A program made the translations under genes and the position numbers. Under the pieces are notes generated by a model that was not told the DNA's origin, made no database searches, and saw only the letters and a program-made list of their open reading frames with translations. Source: Takakia lepidozioides (Eukaryota; Plantae; Bryophyta). Taken from it: a DNA stretch of 64,000 bases. Positions within the stretch are counted from its first letter, which is position 1, and each line of letters opens with the position of its first letter. Location of the stretch: assembly GCA_030704615.1 (NCBI GenBank), contig CM060731.1, forward strand, positions 17,298,001 to 17,362,000, given 5' to 3'. Positions 52,576 to 64,000 of this stretch are shown piece by piece.

Positions 52576-53779
52576 AGCAAGCCCATACCACCAACGACAG
52601 CTCTTCATATTCTCGTACACCATTGCCTCTTCTCTTCCGTTCCCTGATAAATGGTCCATCGGAAGAAAGGGAAAGCAGTCTATCGTGTTCCTCCTGGTCC
52701 TGAACACGACTGCAAAATAGAATCTGCAAGAATGTTAATTGCGCGAGTGACTCGTTTCATAGACGTTCCTCCACTGGGATATGGACGGTGTACACGATTA
52801 TTACCTCTGCATCTATTCCGCTTGACAAAACATGTAACATCACCGAAATAAAACAATCTCGCGTCGTCTCTTATATGCAAAACCAAATACAACACATTTT
52901 ATTTCGCCCACGAAACCATAGGATAATGACCTACGCAGCGATACCTGGAAATTTCGCCGACGAAATCCATTATTTCACTGACAAAATCCATTATTTTGCT
53001 AACGAAACCCGATACCTTGATTTATTTCATTAACGAAACCCGTTGTTTGCCTCATTATATCAAATTGTTCAATTATTGTTTGTGTGTTTTGGATGGTGTT
53101 GGTTATTGTCCTCAAAAATAGATATTTTCATAAAATTCTTTATAAATAAATTCATTAGACACATTTATTCACAATAGACCACAATGGGTAGGCTAAAATT
53201 TGAAGAAAAACTTTTTGAAAACTATCGCAATTCAAAAATCTTGTTTTAACTAAATAATAGACGGTCAAGATTGTCATATGAAGCAAATCCAATGGTTAAG
53301 GATTCGTCACATCCCCCCCCCCCCCTCTCCTCCCGCCTACTACTCCTTCCCCCAATCTTACCATCCATTTCATTGAATTCATATTGTCACGATTAATATC
53401 CTAATGCATCCATCTTTCAAAAACAAGAAAAATATCTTCATTAATCTTGCTATCAGGACGTAGAGGGTGGAGGACTAGGCCACTTACTGTCATCACAACA
53501 GGCCTGCATCAAAGGGAACATTCATAATGACATCTATACAATAATATGAACACTCCAACACCTCCATTCACAAATGCTTCAAGGAAATCCACCTCACCGT
53601 AATTCGTTCTTTTATAACCATTATCACTAACAAACGTAAATTAGAAACCACTTCCTCTTAGGTTACACCACAAGCGTTCTTACATTTGTATTTTGTTGTT
53701 TGATGATAAGGCCAACCCCCGAAAAGAGGCTAGCAAGGCGAAGCAGCTCTTAGTTACGCTAGCTTTGGCCGGAATCTTC

Positions 53780-54120
53780 TCTCTTCTCTCTATAGTCTTG
53801 ACTTTACGGGCCCACTGTCACTAACAATGCGTCACAACAAGTATGTGTTGGTGATGGTGGAACACTTCTGCAAGTGGATTGAATTGGTGTTGTTGCCACA
53901 AAATGAGGGATGCTTGCGTATACATTTTGGATCGAGTTCTTAGTCGATTTGATGCTCTAACTGAGATACTTACGGACCAAGATAGAGAGTTCATGGGAAA
54001 TTTCAAGCTTTGTGTGAACAAGCCTTGATAGACCACTACACTATTTTTCAAAATCATTCCGAGGCTAATGGCTTGGTGGAGAGAGTTGTACAAACGGTCG
54101 AGAGGGGTCTGCATAAGTCT
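53780..54120 (+). mobile_element. Ty3/gypsy integrase core fragment, decayed
   Basis: DFTGPL..NKYVLVMVEHFCKWIELV..RVLSRF..ILTDQDREF..EANGLVERVVQT. Confidence 0.85.
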
Positions 54121-54129
54121 GATATCGAC

Positions 54130-54540
54130 TGTAACGATCAAACCTCTTATGGAAAGTACTTAACATAAAAGGTTTGATCGTTACATTTGGTATCAGAGCA
54201 TAGAGATGACAGATCAGGGGAATCAGGATGCAGATGTACCACCAGACCACCAGTAGAGGTTAGGCTCGAGTTTAATCAACCTCCTCCGTTATTGTTTCAA
54301 CAAGTGTCGGAGGAATTACAGAGGAGAATACAGTCAGAGAACATAAGGACAAGCAGTCAGAGAGAGCGTGATGATCAGACGTGTTACTCTGAGTCTTGAG
54401 AGAGCAAGGCAATCTTAGCACCAAGAGCGATCATGTACTCTTTAGCAACCAGGCAAGAGAGGTCTCTAAGGTTGGGAGGTTATCTTGCTCAGAGGTGACT
54501 TAGTTGTTAAGTACTTTCCATAAGAGGTTCGATCGTTACA
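54130..54540 (+). mobile_element. Miniature LTR-element remnant with tRNA-iMet PBS
   Basis: TGTAACGATCAAACCT..AGGTTTGATCGTTACA (54130-54185), then TGGTATCAGAGC. The element ends AGGTTCGATCGTTACA at 54540. Confidence 0.6.
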
Positions 54541-55299
54541 TTTGGCTTTCAAAATGGACATCTAGGAGATTGAGACCTTTAGCTAGCTTGGTTGGCCATG
54601 GGCTAAAGATTTAGCAAGCAAACATCACTTATCTCAATCTCACCTACGTACTTACTTCTATTTGGACAAGAGTCAGATTTGTCTGCATCTGTTTGCAATG
54701 ATGTTGCATTAGTCCTCAATATTGATGATCCACATGTATGGACACAAACATATAATCAATAAGTAGAGTTGTTTAAGAAAATCATATTTATGGCTTTCGA
54801 TAATTTTGTCATAACACAACATCGGAATACATTAAGGTACATCACTATACATGGATGAGAAAAATCTTTGGAGGATTCGGAGATTCCACCTTAAGATCTA
54901 TATATATAATATGGTAAAATCTACAAGGTTCTAGATGGAGGAAGAAAGTTCCCTAGAAGTTTTAAAAGTAATTAATAAGGTTTTCAGGAAATCTGACTTG
55001 AGGCTCTCAAATCGAACCTTTAATAAATTCATAATATGTTGAGTAGGTCAAATACTCGAAAAAATCATATTGCGGAGAATATATCAAACCTAGAAAGGTT
55101 GACTTGAGAATATGTCAAATCTTTAATATATTCAAATTTAAAAAAAAATATAAACATGCAATGAAAGCCGAAAATGCATCGAGTTGTTTTGGGAAATCAT
55201 ATTTTCTAGGACATATAAATATGCGATGAAAGCCGAAAATGCATTGAGTTGTTTTGGGAAAAAATATGGAACCACTTCAATTATAGTTTGTGTAGATCG

Positions 55300-55325
55300 T
55301 GGGTGTTACAGTGGTATCAAAGCCT
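55300..55325 (+). mobile_element. LTR 3' end plus PBS of another retroelement remnant
   Basis: GGGTGTTACA followed by GTGGTATCAAAGCC (iMet PBS-like). Confidence 0.5.
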
Positions 55326-56439
55326 AGTCTTTCTTAAAGTTGAGAGTGAAATACCCTCTTCGGGAGGATACAATTAAGATGTTTTTTCAATTTGAAAGGA
55401 TTGTGGTTGTTAATATTCTTAAGTGTTGTAATAGGTAGTGAGGGTGCGTGATCACGATTAGAACAAGTTTTATGGACATAAATCGACTTTTTTTACGTAA
55501 GTTTCTTTAGGAGTGTGAATTTAACATTATATGTCGTCGTAAGGTAGAGATTAAAGATATGATAGTACAGATATTTGGGATGAACGATATTAAGAAGTGT
55601 TATAAAATCCACCACATATTGTCTTTCATGTAATTAGAAATTGGAAGGTATACATATGTGTATATACATAGTTTATGGATCGAAGTAGATATGTATCACC
55701 CAATTTTCAACCGCCAAATGTATTTAGTATCAATGTGTGTGTGATCAACAAACATTTCTTGTAAGATGTTTAAACTTTAGTTGCAGAATTTGGAGTAGAA
55801 TTTGTGAACCGTGTCATGAGTTCAGACGTTTTTTTTATTATCAATAGTCACATACGGGATGGTTTGGGATTTGCTATCTACATATTGTATTAGAATCAGA
55901 GAATAAATGTAGTATACAATTTCGGAAGACAAACAATATGAAGCAATAAGTAGTACAGCAAGATGGTGGACAATGAAGAAATGGTGGACAACGCACGTAC
56001 GACTCATCAAATATAACCTCATCACTCAAATACAAGTCAAGCCAAGTGCACCCCACGCCATGGGGAATCCACACTACGGCGCCATAGCTAGGCGCGGTGA
56101 GGCTCAACTCGAGAAAGATGAGCCTCCTGCATTTGCCGTGAAGATAACCACTCCAAGGCCTAAATCTGCCTTGACCCCTGGATTGACACTTGGGCCAATC
56201 CCAAATGTCAATATGTAAAAGCTAGCTATTTCCTAGCTAGTTTCACACTAGTGGTAAAATAACTTGACAGCTATCGTGCGCATACATATCGCTACACAAC
56301 TACATCGCTGTCCAAAACCACACAACATATGTGCACGCCACACACTAGTATATCACTAATCCACCACTAGTCCAACCACTAGTCCAACCACTAGGCTACA
56401 ACTAGTCAGTCACTAGGCAACTATGCTGCCCACTATGGC

Positions 56440-57250
56440 AGTCACTAGTCCACATAATCGCCCCCCTAGCTGGTGCTTAGGTCCCTCTAAGTCTAGGTAG
56501 CCACAAGATGTGATAGTGACCATAGCCTCACTAAGTCCTCCACCACTATCCCTGCTACACTCAAACTCGATAGATCAAAAGGCTGGGTGCAAAAGTTGTC
56601 CCATCGTTAGTCGCCGTCTTGCAACCTGTGAACTTGAGCTTGGGATCTCATGTATTGACTCCTATGAGCTTGGCCTCCCATGTCTTGTTAGTTGCCTCCA
56701 GTCATGTCCACTGCCACTATCTCAAGCAGTGTGGACACAACCAATCTCCGTCAAGAACCTTCTCAAGAGGTTGTGTCAAGCATCCCATATGCCAACCCCT
56801 TGAGCATCAATCACACACCAGCATGGTGGCTGCCCCTTTGGCAGACCCACAGAGCATGCACCTCAAACCTGCAGGTACCACTGCCAAGTTTGGGTCAACT
56901 CTGTCATCGACATTGGGAAGGTGACATGGCACACAGTTACGCACATGGTCCTTCCAAGTCATGTCATCCCGACCCTCCAAGATCAGGACCCCTGAGGGCA
57001 ACATCTCTCGAACCCTCAGAATAACACGCCCTGCAGTAACATCCAGAGTCGTAGGAGCAATCTGCTGCAAATAAACATAGTCACCAGGGCTAAACCTTCG
57101 AACCCCAGGATGATATCCTCCACCACGTATAGTGGCATACCTCAACGTATCACGGTATTGTGCAATGGCAAGGTTCTCAAAAGCCATGGGCATGACTTTC
57201 TTGAACAACTCTGCACGCTGATCACATGCACGTACCCACACGTCCGGATC
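56440..57250 (-). mobile_element. 3' end of a Ty3/gypsy element: integrase C-terminus with PHD finger, PPT and LTR start
   Basis: AFENLAIAQYRDTLRYA..FSPGDYVYL..HVRNCVPCH, then CMLC..LVCD*CSRGWHMGCL..WLCPHC ending at 56717. PPT AGGGGGG at ~56468-56461, followed by TGTGGAC. Confidence 0.85.
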
Positions 57251-57269
57251 GCGAAATTTTTTTCCTAAA

Positions 57270-58028
57270 GGTTCCACTTCTGGAATTCCTGTTCCAAATT
57301 TCCTTGGTTGGAACCATCCTCCCGTAATGAATCATGCGGTTCAAAAGTTGTTCTGGTTCTGTGCAGATGACTTCAGCCATGCCGCAGGTCCTTGTGTGTC
57401 ACACAATGTTGCCCACCCTGGGAACGTTCCTTCGGTTTGGCCGGTTGCTAAGGGAACTGATTTAACGCAGATTGAGGTGGACAGACTAACATCTACTGGA
57501 TTCCGTCTTGTTCCCGAGGGTTCTGCACGTATGAGGATGTCTAAACCCTCTGCAATCCGTCCTACATCTCATGTAAGCCTGGACAGACCCACACAACCAT
57601 TGGTTGTTAGTAGGCCCCATTCATCCACTTCCATAGCTTGCAAAGAACGCGATGGACGGAGAGTTCGAAGATATGAACCACTCTAAAAAAAAGCTAAAGC
57701 GAATATTGCAAAAGTTGCATCCTGTGGAGCAACCGTGCTGAAAAAAATTGACATTGGTCAAGGATTGGGTCGAGTTTATACAATCAGTACCCCAAATTCT
57801 TTTGAGCGTGGACTGACTTATGATGTCTCCATCGACTTGGAACCCTCCTGTACATGTGAAGCTTTTGATCAACATAAGAGGAGAGCCAGAGAAGGATACC
57901 TTCCTTGCAATCACATATTTTTTGTCATGCTTGTCATCTTGGGTGGTCAATCCGACTATACCCCATTGATACATTATCCGACACTTAGTGAGCCTGAATT
58001 GGCCAGCCTGCCCAGCAGAGAGAAATGA
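57270..58028 (+). mobile_element. Mutator-derived remnant with SWIM zinc finger
   Basis: YDVSIDLEPSCTCEAF..YLPCNHIFFV (CxC..CxH), and upstream FWFCADD..PSVWPVAKGTDLT. Confidence 0.75.
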
Positions 58029-58879
58029 TTTCCGAGAAGTTCTCGCCGGTAGTATGACTTTGCTCAGGAGAAGAATAGATGTAGATGTTTTCTTAGCTAT
58101 CTCAGACTCCTCCAACTTGGCCCTTGAAGAGTATTTCAGTTTTTTTGTTTCTCTAAAACATCCCATGAACTTATTTTTTGAGCAGAAAATACTTGCGCAC
58201 TGTGAATTTATGCACGGCGTATTTGTATATTTTTTATTGCTATTACAGAATGAGGTTTCTTTTCATATCTCGTTTCATTATGAAGCAATATTGGCTCCTA
58301 TTATGGCCGTTGATTTTCCCTCGCACCCCATTCCACCTTCGTCGTATCGGTTCATATGGTTTTATGATGTACACCATCCTCTTTTTCTACATCATTTGCC
58401 ATACCTTCGTTTCCCAAAGGTGACATATTGTCTACGCTTTCTTAATCTTCCGCCCCCATCTTCCTTGAGTGTAAGTTATCTTTTCTGAATCCCTTCTATT
58501 TTTTAGCCACCTTCGTCATCCGAAGGTGGTCTCTTACAAATTATCTCCTATGCCCCAAAACCTATGTCCTACTTATTTCTTAGAAGCCCATATCTTATGT
58601 TGGTTTTTTTTTTCGACATCCATTTATTTCGTTGTTACCATTATGTACTCCCGCTCAACCTCCACCTTCGGCAGCCAAAGGTGGCTTGTCAGAACAATCC
58701 CTTATCATATTTCATTAATGTTCCTGTCAAATCGAAACACACAATTACGGGCAGCCCGAGAAAAAATTATAAATTGAGACGTGGCCGCCGCTTCCGCATC
58801 CACGTCACACTGATGGCTGATGGCTGATGGCTGATAGCTGATAGACTAGCAAATCCCGCTGCATGCATAGAGAACACAT

Positions 58880-60490
58880 ACTGCTTCAAGCCGTTCTTTT
58901 GCATTCCTTCATATAGTTGTAGGACCTCCTTATGACAACCATGTTGTGCTATCCTGCGATCATTGCATTCCACGACACCACATCTCATTCAGCCATATTG
59001 TCGAACATTCCCTTTGCATCCTCCATGCACCCACATTTGGCATACATGTCCACCAGGGCAGAGTTCAGGATCACATCTGGTACAATTCCAGCTCTGACGA
59101 TGTCGCCATGCACCTCTTCGCCCTTTTCCAAGGCTGTCAGGCTTGCATACGCACTGCAAACGCACACAAATGTGATGTGGTCGGGCTTCACCCGTCGCAG
59201 ATCATTTGCTTATAGGTCTCCAAAGCCTCCATCCCACGTCCCTACTGTGCATACCCTACAAGCACCGCACTCCACGACACCACACCTCGTTCAGCATAGT
59301 GTCGAACACTCCCTTTGCATCCTAGATGCACCCACATTTTGCAAACATATCCACCAGGGTATTGTTTAGAATGATAGCTGGTACAATTCCAGCTCTGAAG
59401 ATGTCGCCATGGACCTCTTTCCCCTTTTCCAGAGCTGCCAGGGCAGTGTTTAGAATGACATTTGGTACAATTCCAGCTTTGACGATATCCCCATGCACCT
59501 CTTTGCCCTTTTCTAGGGCTGCCAGGCTTGCACGACGCCACATCTTGTTCAGCCATAGTGTTGAACACTCCCATTGCGTCCTAGATGCACCCACATTTTG
59601 CAAACATGTCCACCAGGGTATTGTTCAGAATGAAATCTGGTACAATTCCAACTCTGAAGATGTCGCCATGGACCTCTTTGCCCCTTTCCAGAGCTGCCAA
59701 GCTTGCACATGCATTGCAAACGCACCCAAACGTGATGTGGTCGGGCTTAACCCCTTCTCCCATCATTTGTTCATAAGTCTCCAAAGCCTCCATACCACGT
59801 TCTTGCTGTGCATACCCTGCAAGCATCGCGTCCAATGGCACCACATCTCGTTCAGCCATAGTGTTGAAAACTCCCTTCGCATCCTTAATGCACCCACATT
59901 TGGCATACATGTCCACCAGAGCAGTTTGCAGAATGGCATCTGGTACAATTCCAACTTTGACGATGTCACCATGGACCTCTTTCCCCTTTTCTAGAGCTCC
60001 CCGGCTTGCACACGCATTGTAAACACAAACAAATGTGATGTGGTTGGGCTTCACCCTTTCGCGCAGCATTTGCTCATAGGTCTCCAAAGCATTCCTACCA
60101 CATCTGTGCTTGGTAAATCCTGCCAACATTATGTTCCACATGATCAAACATCATTGAGGCATTCTGTTTAACACTTGGTGAGCATCCATGATGCTCCCAC
60201 ACTTAACATACATGTTGACAAGGGAGTTGAGTAGAAAAAAATTGACGTGAATCCACTTTGGATAATGTGAGTGTGCACCTGCTTTCCAACTTCCAGACCT
60301 CCCATCTTGATGCACTTAAGCAAGAGATAAGCATACGTATCTGAATCTGCTGAAATGCCTCCTTGGTTTATAGTCTGTAGAGCCTCTACCAGTCTGCCTG
60401 TCGCACAAAGTATCTTCACATGCCCAGAAGTGCCAGAAGAGGTATTGTGGACTCCCTCTCTTGATCCTCTTTCAGAAGCTGTGGCCATGG
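58880..60490 (-). pseudogene. PLS-class PPR gene, frameshifted, no E/DYW domain seen
   Basis: Starts MATASER..LCATGRLVEAL, with repeated KPDHITFVCV..EVHGDIV..ILNTALVDMYAKCG motifs and several shifts or deletions. Confidence 0.85.
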
Positions 60491-60584
60491 ATGAGGTGCA
60501 TGATTTCATCAACTGTGCCGCTGCAACTGTTGCATTCAGTTGACCATCTACCCAGAGAGACCACTTATAAAGCTGACACTGTCC

Positions 60585-62820
60585 GGCTTCAAGCCGTTCT
60601 TTTACATTCCTTCAAATAGTTGTAGGACCTCCCTATGACAACCATGTTGGGCATATCCTGCGATCATTGAATTCCACGACACCACATTTCGTTCAGTCAT
60701 CCTGTCTAACACTCCCTTTGCATCCTCGATGCACTCACATTTGACATACAGGTCCAGCAGGGCAGTGTTCAGGATGACATCTGGTACAAATCCAGCTTTG
60801 ACGATGTCACCATGGACCTCATTGCACCTTTCCAGGGCTGCCAGGCTTGCACAAGCATTGCAAACGCAAACAAATGTGATATGGTTGGGCTTCACCCTTT
60901 CGCACATCAATTGCTCATAGGTCTCCAAAGCCTCCATCCCGCCCCTTGCTGTGCATATCCTGCAATCATTGCACTCCACGACACCACATTTCTTTCAGCC
61001 ATATTGTCGAACACTCCCTTTGCATCCTCGATGCACTCACATTTGACATATATGTCCAGCAGGGCAGTGTTCAAGATGACATCTGGTACAAATCCAGCTT
61101 TGACGATGTCACATGCATGGACCTCATTGCACCTCTCCAAAGCTGTCAGGCTTGCACACGCATTGCAAATGCAAACAAACGTTATGCGGTTGGGCTTCAC
61201 CCCTTCGCACATCATTTGCTCATAGGTCTCCAACGCCTCCATCCCGCGCCCTTGCTGTGCATATTCTGCAATCATCGCCCTCCACAACACCACATCTCCT
61301 TCAGCCATACTGTCGAAAACTCCCTTTGCATCCTCGATGCACTCACATTTGACATACATGTCCAGCAGGGCAGTGTTCAGAATGACATTGGGTACAATTC
61401 CAGATGTGACGATGTCACCATGGACCACTTTGCACCTTTCCAGAGCTGCCAGGCTTGCACACGCATTGCAAATGCAAACAAACATTATGCGGTTGGGCTT
61501 CACCCCTTCCCCCATCATTTGCTCATAGGTCTCCGAAGCCTCCATCCCGCCCCTTGCTGTGCATATCCTGCAATCATCGCCCTCCACGACACCACATTTC
61601 TTTCAACCATACTGTCAAAAACTCCCTTTGCATCCTCGATGCACTCACATTTGACATACATGTCCAGTATGGCTGTGTTCAGGATGACATCTGGTACAAA
61701 TCAGCTTTGACGATGTCACCATGACCTCATTGCACCTTTCCAAGGCTGCCAGGCTTGCACACGCATTGCAAATGCAAACAAACGTCAACAAGCTTCTCCT
61801 CATCTATGTTATCTGTTTTTGGATACTTTCCTGCTGCCACATCGGCAGTAACTTGTCAAAGTCACTCCTAACCACCACAGATACACCCAACGAGCTAACT
61901 TACAGAATTCAATATGCATCTCAGGGCCGAGTCTGATGAGAGGGCAAAACAGGCAGATTCAGCCATATTGTTGAACACTCCCTCCACATTTGGCATACAT
62001 GTCCACAAGGGTATTGTTCAGAATTACATTTGGTACATTTCCAGCTTTGACGATGCAACCATGGACCTCTTTGCCCTTTTCCAGGGCTGCCAGGCTTGCA
62101 CACGCACACAAACGTTATGTGGTCAGAAAAGTATTCATTCCACAGCTTCGCCTCAACTCTGTTACCTGTTTTTGGCTGCTTTCCTGTTGTGAGGGAAAAA
62201 CTAGGTGAAATGTGTTGAAGAAGGTGCCTTGATTAGCAATGCCTGATTTTATCAATTGTGCCGTTGCTTCTGCGGCTTCCAGTTGACCATCTACCCATGC
62301 AGGTTTCTTGTAGCTATCGATCCACATGGAATCACAGGTATTCTTGTGCTTGAAATCTGGCCTCTTGGATGAATCTAGACCCAAACTCTATCCCTGCTCT
62401 GAGCTAACGAGTTAAATTCAATATGCATCTCAGGGCCGAGTCTGATGAGAGGGCAAAACAGCCTGATATAGGTCTAAGAAGAAGGTGCCCTCACCACATT
62501 GTCCTTGAATAGAGATGCATGACAACTCTGCCTCTAGCAAGCATTGCTAAATCTCGAACACTTCAAGCACACCACCTGTCACGCGACGTCGTTCAGGCAT
62601 ATTGTTGAACACTCCCTCCGCATCCTCAATGCTCCCACATTTGGCATACATGTCCACGAGGGTATGGTTCATTATGTACAATTCCAGCTTTGGCGATGCA
62701 ACCATGCACCTCTTTGCCCTTTTCCAGCACACGCACTGCAAACACATACAAACGTGATGTGGTCCGGCTTCACCCCTTCCCCCATCATTTGCTCATAGGT
62801 CTCCAAAGCCTCCATCCCGC
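60585..62820 (-). pseudogene. Further PLS-PPR fragments, including a tandem run of ~303-bp P-L-S triplets
   Basis: ORFs 60602..60979 and 60907..61587, plus fragments at 61960-62110 and 62580-62820. Marker TTTGCATCCTCGATGCACTCAC at 60717, 61019, 61325 and 61627. Confidence 0.85.
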
Positions 62821-64000
62821 ACCCTTGCAGCCTATGTCAAACTTGACTTCAAACCAACTCTGAAATGAAGGCCATTGCAATCATAGTCAAACAGTTCTGT
62901 TCAAATTTCAACTTTTCTTTTCTCACTTCAATGTGAGTTCTATCCACAAGACCTCAACTTCAGTAAATACCTTCTCCATGACAAATCCCCTCCACTACAC
63001 TTCTCCATAGCGTTCACCATCTAGTTGTTTTCTGTTTCCGTATCACTCAAATTCTTGAACTTTACAACCCTCACTGGCTCACCCAATGTCGAAAGCCACA
63101 TTAAGACATTTCTATGCTTGATCCTTCATCTGCCAAGACAATCTACCTCAGCATGGATTTCCTCAATTCGTTGAGAGCTTGCAGCTTGCAAGGTGAACGA
63201 TGGCGGAAAACACAGAGCTCCTGCAGTTCAAGAAGATCAAGATCCGGGCATTGCGGGCAGTTCCAAAAAAGTTGACGCGGCGATTTTTATTGGCATATTT
63301 CGGGCGGGCAATCCGGGCAGATTCCAAAGAAATTGACGACGACGATGATGTGTCTATGATGACTTGGCTATGATGATGTGGCGACAAAATGTGACGACGA
63401 TGACATGGCACTATGGCACCCTATTCCTGCTCTACGCTAAACTAGCTTCCGACCTTCGGTCGTCGCTAGAACTAGGGCTTCGCGTTGCTCCGCACTACTA
63501 GCGACAAATTCTGAGAACTATGTTCAATTTTTCTCAAGAAAGGGGTGGGTCGTCCCCACGGTGTTACATGCAGAGATCCCGTGTTTTGTTTTTATCTGGA
63601 AGAAAATTGGCGGATCTGCATTTCAATGTTCAATTTTCACAGGCCACATCCATCAATAACAACATACCCAAATACCCTTACATTCACTATATGAACTTTC
63701 AAGCATCCACAATGGGATTGGATCTTGGTGGGTTAAGGCTAGCTTTTGACAATATTCATGCAAGTTCGTCAAGGGCTCCATCCAAAGCCATACCACGAGA
63801 AACAAACAAACTTGTCCAAATTTAAGATGCTGAACAAACTTGTGCACATGGCTGCCCCTCTCATCAAGCTCATTAAAATTCGTATTCACCTCCATCTTCA
63901 AGCCTTGGAGAAGCTCCACCACCCAAACCCAGAATTAGGACAGCACTCTGATTTCCATCCATTGTCACCAACACTAGCATCTTTCCAAGAAAACATCATT

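Noticed and set aside
59326-61710. Plus-strand ORFs of 222 and 254 aa
   Set aside because: Antisense shadows of the PPR repeats.
63560-64000. Possible minus-strand retroelement ORF fragment
   Set aside because: No diagnostic motif, and it is cut by the window edge.

Overview
This is eukaryotic plant DNA with spliceosomal introns. The gene and transposon content suggests a seed-free plant (bryophyte, lycophyte or fern), which is an inference. Bases 1-22 kb form a nested mobile-DNA island. It holds a frameshifted Mutator-type transposase (-), three GC-rich palindromic tandem arrays, and a Sola-like DDE transposase split in two by a ~9.4 kb insertion. It also holds three copies of a spliced gene encoding a prokaryote-type beta-class (N6A/N4C) DNA methyltransferase fold. 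The most complete copy (~18890->12090, -) also has an upstream ParB/Srx-like DGNHR domain, and two of its introns carry copies of a 24-bp palindrome. This ParB-like + methyltransferase + palindrome module is the best candidate for an undescribed system. Bases 22-64 kb hold three host genes that look intact (rhodanese/TrhO-like, START-domain, MS1/MMD1-like PHD finger), a decayed PLS-PPR cluster, and transposon remnants (CRE-like non-LTR, Ty3/gypsy integrase with PHD finger, hAT-like MITEs, SWIM/Mutator fragments). Family assignments come from motif recognition by eye; no searches were run. Many frameshifts in the island are single-base indels and could be sequencing errors.
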